Shown: piece by piece, positions 9,286-16,636 of the stretch | How the letters are laid out: each line of letters opens with the position of its first letter | Position numbering within the stretch: the stretch's first letter is position 1 | NCBI GenBank assembly: GCA_036505325.1 | Contig: DASXTR010000218.1 | Span: 1-56,967 of the forward strand | Direction of reading: 5' to 3' | Length of the DNA stretch: 56,967 bases | From: Gaiellaceae bacterium | GTDB taxonomy: Bacteria > Actinomycetota > Thermoleophilia > Gaiellales > Gaiellaceae | Notes under the pieces: model-generated | Database searches by the model: none | Told to the model about the DNA's origin: nothing | Seen by the model: only the letters and a program-made list of their open reading frames with translations | Program-made: the position numbers and the translations under genes

Positions 9286-9302
9286 GCTCTACAGCCTAGG
9301 CT
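9279..9302. terminator. bidirectional hairpin between convergent genes (two copies of the 10-bp palindrome AGCCTAGGCT separated by CTAC)
   Basis: AGCCTAGGCT-CTAC-AGCCTAGGCT gives a 10-bp stem. It contains the stop codons of efp (TAG 9283-9285) and of the minus-strand zinc-ribbon gene (9289-9291). There is no U-tract. Confidence 0.4.
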
Positions 9303-9474
9303 GGATCGGCGGTTGCAACGGCGTCGCCCCGTCGGGGATCGCCGTACGGATCCAGCTCTTGTTGCCGCACTTCGGACAGGCGTCCGCGGCCTGCAGCTCG
9401 GGCGCATAGATCGTCCAGCAAGCTGCGCAGCGCACCCAGTCTGGACGACGTTCCTGTTCCTGTTTCGATACCAC
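9289..9474 (-). CDS. small zinc-ribbon protein (61 aa), paralogue of 9512..9670
   Basis: Part of ORF 9289..9573; start set at GTG 9474 (TTG 9480 is an alternative). Contains WVRCAACWTIYAPELQAADACPKCGNKSWIRTAIP, a CxxC...CPxCG ribbon. High third-position GC. Confidence 0.55.
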   Translation of the reverse strand: MVSKQEQERRPDWVRCAACWTIYAPELQAADACPKCGNKSWIRTAIPDGATPLQPPIQPRL

Positions 9475-9511
9475 GTCCAAGTGGACCCCAGTGCAACATC
9501 GGACTTGCGCG

Positions 9512-9670
9512 CTACCCTTGGGGTTCCGGCGACTCGACGGGTATACGGGCCGATACCCAGCTCGGCGACCCACAGTCGGGGCAGGCGACGTCCTCGCCTC
9601 GCTCGGGCTGCTCGTACTCGTTGCGGCACTCCGTGCATCGCACCAGGTCGATGTCTTCGATGACCGTCAC
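9512..9670 (-). CDS. small zinc-ribbon protein (52 aa), paralogue of 9289..9474
   Basis: C-terminal part of ORF 9512..10234; start set at GTG 9670. Sequence VTVIEDIDLVRCTECRNEYEQPERGEDVACPDCGSPSWVSARIPVESPEPQG. It shares VRCxxC...ACPxCGxxSW...IP with its neighbour. Confidence 0.55.
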   Translation of the reverse strand: MTVIEDIDLVRCTECRNEYEQPERGEDVACPDCGSPSWVSARIPVESPEPQG

Positions 9671-9830
9671 GTCGAGAAGGACGTCGGTGTCGGGCGGAAC
9701 TTGCGCTCTGCCCGGACGCCGAGGCGCCGCTTGCGGCGCCGACCAGAAGAGGTCGCGCCGGCTTGACGGCGCGACCGCTAACCCCGGCTCGTGCGACGAA
9801 GACTGGCTGAGAACAGCTCCGGTGGCCCGG

Positions 9831-9836
9831 TAAGGT
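9831..9836 (+). promoter_or_regulatory. putative -10 hexamer TAAGGT, 6 nt before GTG 9843 (leaderless-type promoter)
   Basis: TAnnnT followed by CCCCGC, then the GTG start; no Shine-Dalgarno sequence. Confidence 0.45.
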
Positions 9837-9842
9837 CCCCGC

Positions 9843-11642
9843 GTGCCTCGCCTGGCCGATACGACGATTCGGGTGCTCAGCCAGGAGCCGCTCGCGGGGC
9901 TGATGCCGACCTCCGAGCTCCTCCGTTTGGCCGAGATCCTCGACCGGGCCGGCTTCGCGTACCTCGAGGTCTCGGGCGGCGGTGTGTTCGACCACGCCGT
10001 CCGGCGCGGCGTCGAGAGCCCGTGGGAGCGGATCCGCGCGCTGAAGGCGCGGACGAAGACGCCCCTCGCGCTCGCGATCCGCGGGCGGTTCCTGGTCGGC
10101 TCGCGCCCCGTCAGCCGCGACCTCGCGCGCAGGTTCGTGGCGAGCGCGGCCGAGAGCGGCATCGACGTCTTCCGCATCCACGATCCGCTGAACGACGTCG
10201 ACAACCTCCGCGAGCCGGCCGAGGCGATCGTCAACGCCGGCCGGGAGTTCGAGGCGGGCCTCCTGTACGGCAGCGGCCGCCGCGAGGCGCTGATCGAGGC
10301 CGCACGGAAGCTGCCCGAGCTCGGTGCCTGGCGAATCCTGCTCCACGACGAGTCCGGCCTGCTGCTGCCGCACCGCGCGAGCGAGCTCGTCGCGGAGCTG
10401 CGCGACGTCGCCGGCCTCCCGGTCGGCCTCTACAACCAGGGCGCCGCCGGCATGGCCCTCGCGACGGCCCTCGAGGCGGTGCGCGCCGGCGCGGACCTCG
10501 TCGCGTGCGCCGTCTACCCGGTCGCCCTGACCGTCCATCGCGTGGGCGCGGAGGCGGCCGCGCAGGCGCTGGCCGGGCTGGGGCTCGACCCGGGAATCGA
10601 CGTCGACGTCCTGTGGCGGGCGTCCGATGTCGTCGACGAGTACATCGGCGACGCACCCGTCGTGCCGCTGGCGCCCCGGATCGCCGTGCGCGCCGCCGAG
10701 CACAAGCTTCCGGTCGGGCTCGTCGGCGCGCTCGACGTGCAGCTTCACTCACAGGCGGCCGGCGATCGGCTCGACGAGGTGCTGGACGAAGTCGATCGCG
10801 TCCGGCAGGAGGCCGGCTCGCCTCCGCTGTCCGCGCCGATCGGCCAGATCGTCGGCTCGCAGGCGCTCCTGAACGTGCTCGGTGCCAACCGCTACGGGAC
10901 GATGGTCGACGAGCTGCGCGAGCTCGCCGCCGGGCGGTTCGGCCGCACGCCGGGTCCGATCGACCCCGGCCTCGAGCGGGCGGTCGAGCTGCTCGGCGGG
11001 GCCCCGGTCGACGACGCCTCCAACCTGGACGAGCTCCGGCGCGACGCCGAGGGGCTCGCCGCGAGCGAGGAGGAGCTCTTGCTCCTCGCCCTCTTCGGCG
11101 AGGAGGCGGAGCCGCTCCTGCGCGCGATTCGCGGCCGCTCGGAAGGCGAGGAGACGCTCGCCGCCGGCGGCGTCGACCAGAAGCGCGCCGAGGTGATCCG
11201 GGAGGTCGTGCGGATCGTCCAGGAGACCGGCGTGGGCGAGATCACGATCGAGGAAGGCGGCATGCGCGTGAGCGTGCGCCACACGATCCCGGGCCCCGGC
11301 GGCGTCCAGGGCGCTAGTGACAACTTGTCACAAGGGCAGGAGACCTCCGCGCTGCCTGTTTCCCCGCGGGACAACGGCTTCGTCCGGGTCGAGAGCCCGA
11401 TGGTCGGAACCTTCTACCGCGCGCCGCAGCCGGGCGCGCCGCCATTCGTCGAGGAGGGCGACGCCGTCGCGCCCGGGCAGACGCTCTGCATCCTCGAGGC
11501 GATGAAACTGATGAACGAGGTCAAGGCGGAGATCGAGTGCGTCGTGCGCAGGATCCACCCCGCGAACGCCGAGCCCGTCGAATACGGCCAGCTCTTGTTC
11601 GAACTGGAACCGATCAACGATCGGCCGCTCGACGCCGTCTGA
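9843..11642 (+). CDS. OadA/PycB-like carboxyltransferase domain (metal ligands lost) fused to AccB-type biotin carboxyl carrier domain
   Basis: The N-terminal ~480 aa align by eye with the oxaloacetate decarboxylase alpha / pyruvate carboxylase B TIM barrel (DVFRIHDPLND etc.). The C-terminal part, VESPMVGTFYRAPQPGAPPFVEEGDAVAPGQTLCILEAMKLMNEV, is AccB-like with the biotin Lys in EAMKLM. Palindrome copy 2 lies in the linker. Confidence 0.8.
   Translation: MPRLADTTIRVLSQEPLAGLMPTSELLRLAEILDRAGFAYLEVSGGGVFDHAVRRGVESPWERIRALKARTKTPLALAIRGRFLVGSRPVSRDLARRFVASAAESGIDVFRIHDPLNDVDNLREPAEAIVNAGREFEAGLLYGSGRREALIEAARKLPELGAWRILLHDESGLLLPHRASELVAELRDVAGLPVGLYNQGAAGMALATALEAVRAGADLVACAVYPVALTVHRVGAEAAAQALAGLGLDPGIDVDVLWRASDVVDEYIGDAPVVPLAPRIAVRAAEHKLPVGLVGALDVQLHSQAAGDRLDEVLDEVDRVRQEAGSPPLSAPIGQIVGSQALLNVLGANRYGTMVDELRELAAGRFGRTPGPIDPGLERAVELLGGAPVDDASNLDELRRDAEGLAASEEELLLLALFGEEAEPLLRAIRGRSEGEETLAAGGVDQKRAEVIREVVRIVQETGVGEITIEEGGMRVSVRHTIPGPGGVQGASDNLSQGQETSALPVSPRDNGFVRVESPMVGTFYRAPQPGAPPFVEEGDAVAPGQTLCILEAMKLMNEVKAEIECVVRRIHPANAEPVEYGQLLFELEPINDRPLDAV
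11313..11336 (+). repeat. palindromic element family A, copy 2, inside CDS
   Basis: GCTAGTGACAACTTGTCACAAGGG, read A-S-D-N-L-S-Q-G. Identical over 24 nt to 21355-21378. Confidence 0.9.
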
Positions 11643-12985
11643 TGTTCTCGCGCGTCCTGGTTGCGAACCGCGGCGAGATCGCCGTCCGCGTGATCCGCGC
11701 GCTGCACGAGCTCGGCGTCGAGGCGGTCGCCGTCTACTCGACCGCGGACCGGGACGCGATGCACGTGCGTCTCGCCGACCACTCGGTGTGCGTCGGCCCG
11801 CCGAGCGCGGCCGACAGCTACCTCCGCATCCCGTCGATCGTCGCCGCCGCGATGACGACCGGCTGCGAGGCGGTTCATCCCGGCTACGGCTTCCTCGCCG
11901 AGAACGACGCGTTCGTCGAGGCGTGCGTGGACAACGACCTCGTCTTCGTCGGGCCGCCTGCGGACGTGATGGCGCAGATGGGGGACAAGATCGCGGCGAA
12001 GCGGGCGATGCGCGACGCGGACGTTCCGACGGTGCCCGGCACGGACGGCGCGACGACGGTCGAGGGCGCGCGCGCGACGGCGGCGGCGCTGGGCTACCCG
12101 GTGCTCCTGAAGGCGGCGGCGGGCGGCGGCGGCAAGGGCATGCGCCTCGTCGACTCGCCGGAGGACCTCGAGGACGCGTACGGCACCGCGGCGAGCGAGG
12201 CGCAGGCCGCGTTCGGCGACCCGACGATCTATGTGGAGAAGGCGGTGACGCCCGCGCGGCATGTCGAGATCCAGGTGCTGTGCGACACGCAGGGCAACGT
12301 GCTCACCCTCGGCGAGCGCGAGTGCTCGATCCAGCGCCGGCACCAGAAGCTGATCGAGGAGACGCCGTCGCCCGCGCTGACGCCGGAGCTGCGCGAGGAG
12401 ATGGAGGCGGCGGCCGAGCGCGCGTCCCGCGCCGTCGGCTACGTCAACGCGGGCACCTTCGAGTTCCTGCTCGGCCCCGACGGCGCGTTCTACTTCATCG
12501 AGCTGAACGCGCGCCTGCAGGTCGAGCACCCGGTGACGGAGATGTGCACCGGCATCGACCTCGTGCGGGCGCAGCTGAGCATCGCCGCGGGCGAGCCGCT
12601 CGCGCTGACGGGACGCGCGCCGCGACGGGGCCACGCGATCGAGATCCGGCTGAACGCGGAGGACCCGGCGCGCGACTTCCTGCCCGCGCCCGGTCTCATC
12701 GAGCGGTTCCGCGCGGCGCAGGGGCCGGGCGTGCGCGTCGACACGTTCGTCGAGGACGGGACGATGATCTCGCCGTACTACGACTCGCTGATCGCGAAGC
12801 TCGTCGTGTGGGACGTCGACCGCGAGTCGGCGCTCGCGCGCGCCGATCGCGCGCTCGAGGAGACGGAGATCGAGGGTGTGCAGACGACGCGCGAGGTGGC
12901 GCGTGCGATCCTGCGCACGATCGACTTCCGCAGCGGCGCCTACTCGACGTCGACGCTCGCCGAGCTGGGAGCACTCACCGCGTGA
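11642..12985 (+). CDS. accC: biotin carboxylase
   Basis: MFSRVLVANRGEIAVRVIRA..., ATP-grasp GGGGKGMR. ATG 11642 overlaps the previous stop (TGATG). Confidence 0.95.
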   Translation: MFSRVLVANRGEIAVRVIRALHELGVEAVAVYSTADRDAMHVRLADHSVCVGPPSAADSYLRIPSIVAAAMTTGCEAVHPGYGFLAENDAFVEACVDNDLVFVGPPADVMAQMGDKIAAKRAMRDADVPTVPGTDGATTVEGARATAAALGYPVLLKAAAGGGGKGMRLVDSPEDLEDAYGTAASEAQAAFGDPTIYVEKAVTPARHVEIQVLCDTQGNVLTLGERECSIQRRHQKLIEETPSPALTPELREEMEAAAERASRAVGYVNAGTFEFLLGPDGAFYFIELNARLQVEHPVTEMCTGIDLVRAQLSIAAGEPLALTGRAPRRGHAIEIRLNAEDPARDFLPAPGLIERFRAAQGPGVRVDTFVEDGTMISPYYDSLIAKLVVWDVDRESALARADRALEETEIEGVQTTREVARAILRTIDFRSGAYSTSTLAELGALTA

Positions 12986-13263
12986 CGCTCGTGCACCAGA
13001 GCACGAACGGCACCGTGACGATCCCCGAGTCGGTGCTCGTGGAGATCGCCGCCCGCGCCGCCGAGTCGGTCGCAGGCGTTCACGTGCGGCGCAAGCGGAC
13101 GGTCGACGTCGAGGCGAAGCTCGTTCGTCTCGAGATCGACGCGCCGCGGACGGCTTCGCTGACGGAGACCGGCGCGGCGGTGCAGGACGCGGTCGCGTCG
13201 GCGCTCGAGACGATGTGCGGCCTCGCGGCGCGCGTCGACGTCGCCGTCGAGGAGCTCGCGTGA
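12982..13263 (+). CDS. Asp23/Gls24-family (alkaline shock) protein
   Basis: GTVTIPESVLVEIAARAAESVAGV... is a typical Asp23 N-terminus. GTG 12982 overlaps the accC stop (GTGA). GTG 12991 or 13015 are alternative starts. Confidence 0.7.
   Translation: MTLVHQSTNGTVTIPESVLVEIAARAAESVAGVHVRRKRTVDVEAKLVRLEIDAPRTASLTETGAAVQDAVASALETMCGLAARVDVAVEELA
12989..13009 (+). repeat. hairpin repeat family B, half copy (left arm + start of loop only)
   Basis: TCGTGCACCAGAGCACGAACG shares 19 nt with copy 1. No right arm follows. It lies in the first codons of the Asp23-like gene (LVHQSTN). Confidence 0.75.
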
Positions 13264-13649
13264 CCGAGCCGCTCTCCCGCCGCCAGGCGCGCCGGCAGGC
13301 GCTGATGCTCCTCTACCAGTGGGATCTCTCCGGGCAGCCGATCGGCTCGCAGTACGGCGGCGCGATCGACCAGTGGGCGCTCGACCTCGCGGACACGGTC
13401 GCCGCGCGCGCGCCGGAGCTCGACGCGCGCATCACGGCCGCGTCGGAGGGATGGACCGCCGACCGCCTCGGCGCCGTCGAGCGGAGCGCGCTGCGCGTCG
13501 CGATCCACGAGCTCGAGCACCGGGACGTGCCCGCGGAGGTCGCGATCAACGAGGCGGTGGCATTCGCGAAGCGATACTCCTCCGAGGACGCGGCGAGGCT
13601 GGTGAACGGCATCCTGGGACGGATCCAACGTGAGGAGGAGGCAGCGTGA
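13260..13649 (+). CDS. nusB: transcription antitermination factor NusB
   Basis: RRQARRQALMLLYQWDLSG...AINEAVAFAKRYSSEDAARLVNGILGRI. GTG 13260 overlaps the previous stop. Confidence 0.85.
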   Translation: MTEPLSRRQARRQALMLLYQWDLSGQPIGSQYGGAIDQWALDLADTVAARAPELDARITAASEGWTADRLGAVERSALRVAIHELEHRDVPAEVAINEAVAFAKRYSSEDAARLVNGILGRIQREEEAA

Positions 13650-13650
13650 C

Positions 13651-13848
13651 ATGAGCGCCGATGAGTCGCTCGACAAGGCGGAGGATCTCCTGGCGCGGCT
13701 CGAGTCGGCGCGCGCGCGGCTCGAGGCGACCGAGGATCCCGACCTGGCGATCGAGATCCTGCAGGAGCTCGCGGAGCTCGCGAAGGAGGTCGAGGCGGAG
13801 CTGCAGCGCGCGCGCCGCGCGGCCGAGGCGGATGCCGCGGGCGCCTGA
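13651..13848 (+). CDS. xseB: probable exodeoxyribonuclease VII small subunit
   Basis: 65-aa helical acidic protein. GAGGAGGAGG Shine-Dalgarno upstream of ATG 13651. The position between nusB and the polyprenyl synthase matches Bacillus-type synteny. Sequence similarity was judged by eye only. Confidence 0.5.
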   Translation: MSADESLDKAEDLLARLESARARLEATEDPDLAIEILQELAELAKEVEAELQRARRAAEADAAGA

Positions 13849-14596
13849 GGACCTGCGCGCCGCCGCACGCGCCTACCTCGACGAGCTCGCGCTGACGCCG
13901 GAGCTCGGCGGCCTCGCCGACCCTGTGCGGTACGCGATCGGCGGCAAGCTGATCCGGCCGGTGCTCTGCCTCGCGACCGGCGAGGCGATCGGCGTCGAGG
14001 TCGAGGCGCTGCTTCCCGCCGCGGCCGCGGTGGAGCTCGTGCACTCGTTCTCGCTCGTGCACGACGACCTGCCCGCGCTCGACGACGACGCCGAACGCCG
14101 CGGGCGGCCGTCGGTGTGGGCCGAATACGGCGAGGCGACGGCGGTCCTGGCAGGCGACGCGCTGCTTTCCGAGGCATTTCGGCTCGCGCTGTCGTACGCG
14201 CACCCGGAGGTCGCGCGCGAGCTGGTCGAGGCCACGCTCGCGATGATCGGCGGCCAGCACCTCGACCTCGCCGGGGGCGCCGACTTGCAGGAGCTCCACC
14301 GCCTGAAGACCGGCGCCCTCTTCTCCGCGGCGGTGATGTGCGCGCTCTGGGCCGCCGAGGTTCCGATCGACGAGCACCCGCCGTGGCGCGCGTTCGCCGG
14401 CGAGCTGGGCCTGCTCTTCCAGGCGATCGACGACGTCCTCGACGGCGACGGCTACGTGCTCGAGGTCGGCCCCGACGGCGCCCGCCGCGTCGCCGAGGAG
14501 GCCGCGGAGCGCGCGCAGGCGCAGCTCGCGGAGATCGACGCGGACACGACCGTGCTCGCGGAGCTGGTCGCCGGGCTCGCCACCCGGACGTCGTAG
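13832..14596 (+). CDS. polyprenyl diphosphate synthase (FPP/GGPP synthase type)
   Basis: First and second Asp-rich motifs: LVHDDLPALDDD and FQAIDDVLD. Confidence 0.85.
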   Translation: MPRAPEDLRAAARAYLDELALTPELGGLADPVRYAIGGKLIRPVLCLATGEAIGVEVEALLPAAAAVELVHSFSLVHDDLPALDDDAERRGRPSVWAEYGEATAVLAGDALLSEAFRLALSYAHPEVARELVEATLAMIGGQHLDLAGGADLQELHRLKTGALFSAAVMCALWAAEVPIDEHPPWRAFAGELGLLFQAIDDVLDGDGYVLEVGPDGARRVAEEAAERAQAQLAEIDADTTVLAELVAGLATRTS

Positions 14597-14611
14597 CCGG
14601 GGCCCCACTCT

Positions 14612-14656
14612 TTGTGCACCAGAGCACAAGGTCGAGGTTCGTACTCTGGTGCACAA
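14612..14656. repeat. hairpin repeat family B, copy 3 (16-nt arms, 13-nt loop)
   Basis: TTGTGCACCAGAGCAC-AAGGTCGAGGTTC-GTACTCTGGTGCACAA. Intergenic, between the polyprenyl synthase stop (14596) and the MFS start (14686). Confidence 0.85.
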
Positions 14657-14685
14657 GCAACCGGTCGGCGCGGGAGGCGGTGCGC

Positions 14686-15891
14686 GTGATCCGGAACCGG
14701 CCGATCGCTGCGCTGCTCGCGTCGCAGGCGATCTCCGGCCTCGGCTCGCAGATGACGTTCCTCGCGCTGCCGTGGTTCGTCCTGGTGACGAGCGGCTCAC
14801 CGTCGCGGATGGGCCTCGTCTTCGCCGTCGAGGTGCTGCCGATCGCCCTCTTCGGCATCCCGAGCGGCGGTGTCGTGCAGCGGTACGGGGCGCGGGCGAC
14901 GATGCTCGTCTGCGACTTCGCGTCGGCGCCGCTGATCGCGCTGATCCCGCTGCTGCATGCGTTCGGCGCGCTCCCGTTCCCGCTCCTGCTCTGCATCGTC
15001 TTCGCGACCGGCGTGTTCCTGACGCCCTACTTCTCCGCCTCTCGGCTCCTGATCCCGGAGATCCTCGGTGAGGACGAGCGCGTCGTCGCACAGGGGAACA
15101 CGGTGCTCGAGGGCACGACGCAGCTGACCGGCCTGATCGGGCCTGCCGTCGCGGGCGTCCTGATCGGCGTCCTCGGCGCGGCGAATGTGCTGTGGCTGGA
15201 CGCGGTCTCGTTCCTCGCGTCGTTCGCGCTGCTCGCGGCGCTCGTTCCGGCCGGGACTCCGGTCGCGCCGGAGGAGCACGAGCGCGGCATCCTCGCCGGC
15301 GTGCGCTACATCGCCCGCGACCGGCTCCTGCGGCTCGTCACCTTTGTCAGCCTCCTGGTCGGAATCGTGATCCCGTTCCTCTTCGCGGCGGTGCCGGTGC
15401 TCGCGTACGAGCGCTACGACGGGCGCGCCGAGGTCGCCGGCTGGATGTTCGCGGCGTGGGGCGGAGGGTCCGTCGCCGGCAGCGCGTTCGCGTACCGCGC
15501 CGTGGCGCGCTTCCGGCCGCTGCGGCTCGCGCGGCTCGCGTTCGCCGCGTGCGCGCTGCCGCTGTGGGGGCTGCTCTTCGACCTGCCGGCGGTGGGCGCC
15601 GTCGCTGCGATCTTCGCCTGCTCGTTCTTCGTCCCGTCGTTGAACGCTCCCGTACTCGGGCTCTTCAGCCTGCGCGTGCCACCGGCACTGCGGAGCAAGA
15701 CGATGACGGCGCTCGTCACCGCGAACAGCCTCGCGCGCCCGGTGAGCTACGCGATCGCCGGTCCGCTGCTCGCGCACGCGGGGCTCGGGCCGACCTTCCT
15801 CGTCGTCGCGGTCGGGATGAGCATGGCGGCGGCGGTGTTCGTCGTCGGAACGCGGGAAGCCGGAGAGGCCGCGGTTGAAGAAGCGGCTTGA
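14686..15891 (+). CDS. MFS transporter
   Basis: About 12 hydrophobic segments. N-terminus IRNRPIAALLASQAISGLGSQMTFLALPWFVL. GGGAGG Shine-Dalgarno 9 nt before GTG 14686. Confidence 0.75.
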   Translation: MIRNRPIAALLASQAISGLGSQMTFLALPWFVLVTSGSPSRMGLVFAVEVLPIALFGIPSGGVVQRYGARATMLVCDFASAPLIALIPLLHAFGALPFPLLLCIVFATGVFLTPYFSASRLLIPEILGEDERVVAQGNTVLEGTTQLTGLIGPAVAGVLIGVLGAANVLWLDAVSFLASFALLAALVPAGTPVAPEEHERGILAGVRYIARDRLLRLVTFVSLLVGIVIPFLFAAVPVLAYERYDGRAEVAGWMFAAWGGGSVAGSAFAYRAVARFRPLRLARLAFAACALPLWGLLFDLPAVGAVAAIFACSFFVPSLNAPVLGLFSLRVPPALRSKTMTALVTANSLARPVSYAIAGPLLAHAGLGPTFLVVAVGMSMAAAVFVVGTREAGEAAVEEAA

Positions 15892-16636
15892 CGTCCTGCT
15901 CGTCGAGCGCGGCCTGGCGGAGTCGCGCGCGCAGGCGCAGGCGCTCGTGATGGCCGGGCTCGTCCCCGGCCACTCGAAGCCCGGCGAGCAGGTCGACGAG
16001 GCCGCGGCGCTGGAGGTGGAGCGCCCGCCGCCGTACGTCTCCCGTGCCGGCCACAAGCTCGCCAACGCGCTCGACGCGTTCGGGATCGACGTGACCGGCG
16101 TGGACGCGCTCGACGTCGGCGCGTCGACGGGCGGGTTCACCGATGTCCTGCTGCAGCGCGGGGCGGCGCGCGTGATCGCGCTCGACGTGGGCTACGGGCA
16201 GTTGCACGCGAAGCTGCGCAACGATTCGCGCGTCACGGTGCTCGAGCGCATGAACGCGCGCAACCTGACCGAGCTCCCGTTCGCACCGCAGCTCGTCACC
16301 TGCGACGTCTCGTTCATCTCGCTGAAGCTCGCGCTGCCGCCCGCACTGCGGCTCGCCGCGCCAGGCTGGCGCGCGCTCGTCCTCGTCAAGCCGCAGTTCG
16401 AGGCAGGCCGCGCGGAGGTGCCGAAGGGGGTCGTCCGGGATGCAGACGTCCATCGGCGTGTGCTCCGCGACGTCGCCGAGGCGTCGCTCGCGTGGCGGGC
16501 CCAGCCCGTCGGCCTCGTAGACTCGGGGCTCCCCGGCCCGAAGGGAAACCGTGAGTTCGTCCTCCACCTCGTCCACGCAGAGCAGCCAGAGCTCCCCGCC
16601 GGCCTCGACCGCTGGATCGAAGATGCGGTCGGTTGA
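15875..16636 (+). CDS. tlyA: TlyA-family rRNA 2'-O-methyltransferase (hemolysin A-like)
   Basis: KKRLDVLLVERGLAESRAQAQALV (S4 domain) and the SAM motif LDVGASTGGFTDVLL. Confidence 0.9.
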   Translation: MKKRLDVLLVERGLAESRAQAQALVMAGLVPGHSKPGEQVDEAAALEVERPPPYVSRAGHKLANALDAFGIDVTGVDALDVGASTGGFTDVLLQRGAARVIALDVGYGQLHAKLRNDSRVTVLERMNARNLTELPFAPQLVTCDVSFISLKLALPPALRLAAPGWRALVLVKPQFEAGRAEVPKGVVRDADVHRRVLRDVAEASLAWRAQPVGLVDSGLPGPKGNREFVLHLVHAEQPELPAGLDRWIEDAVG

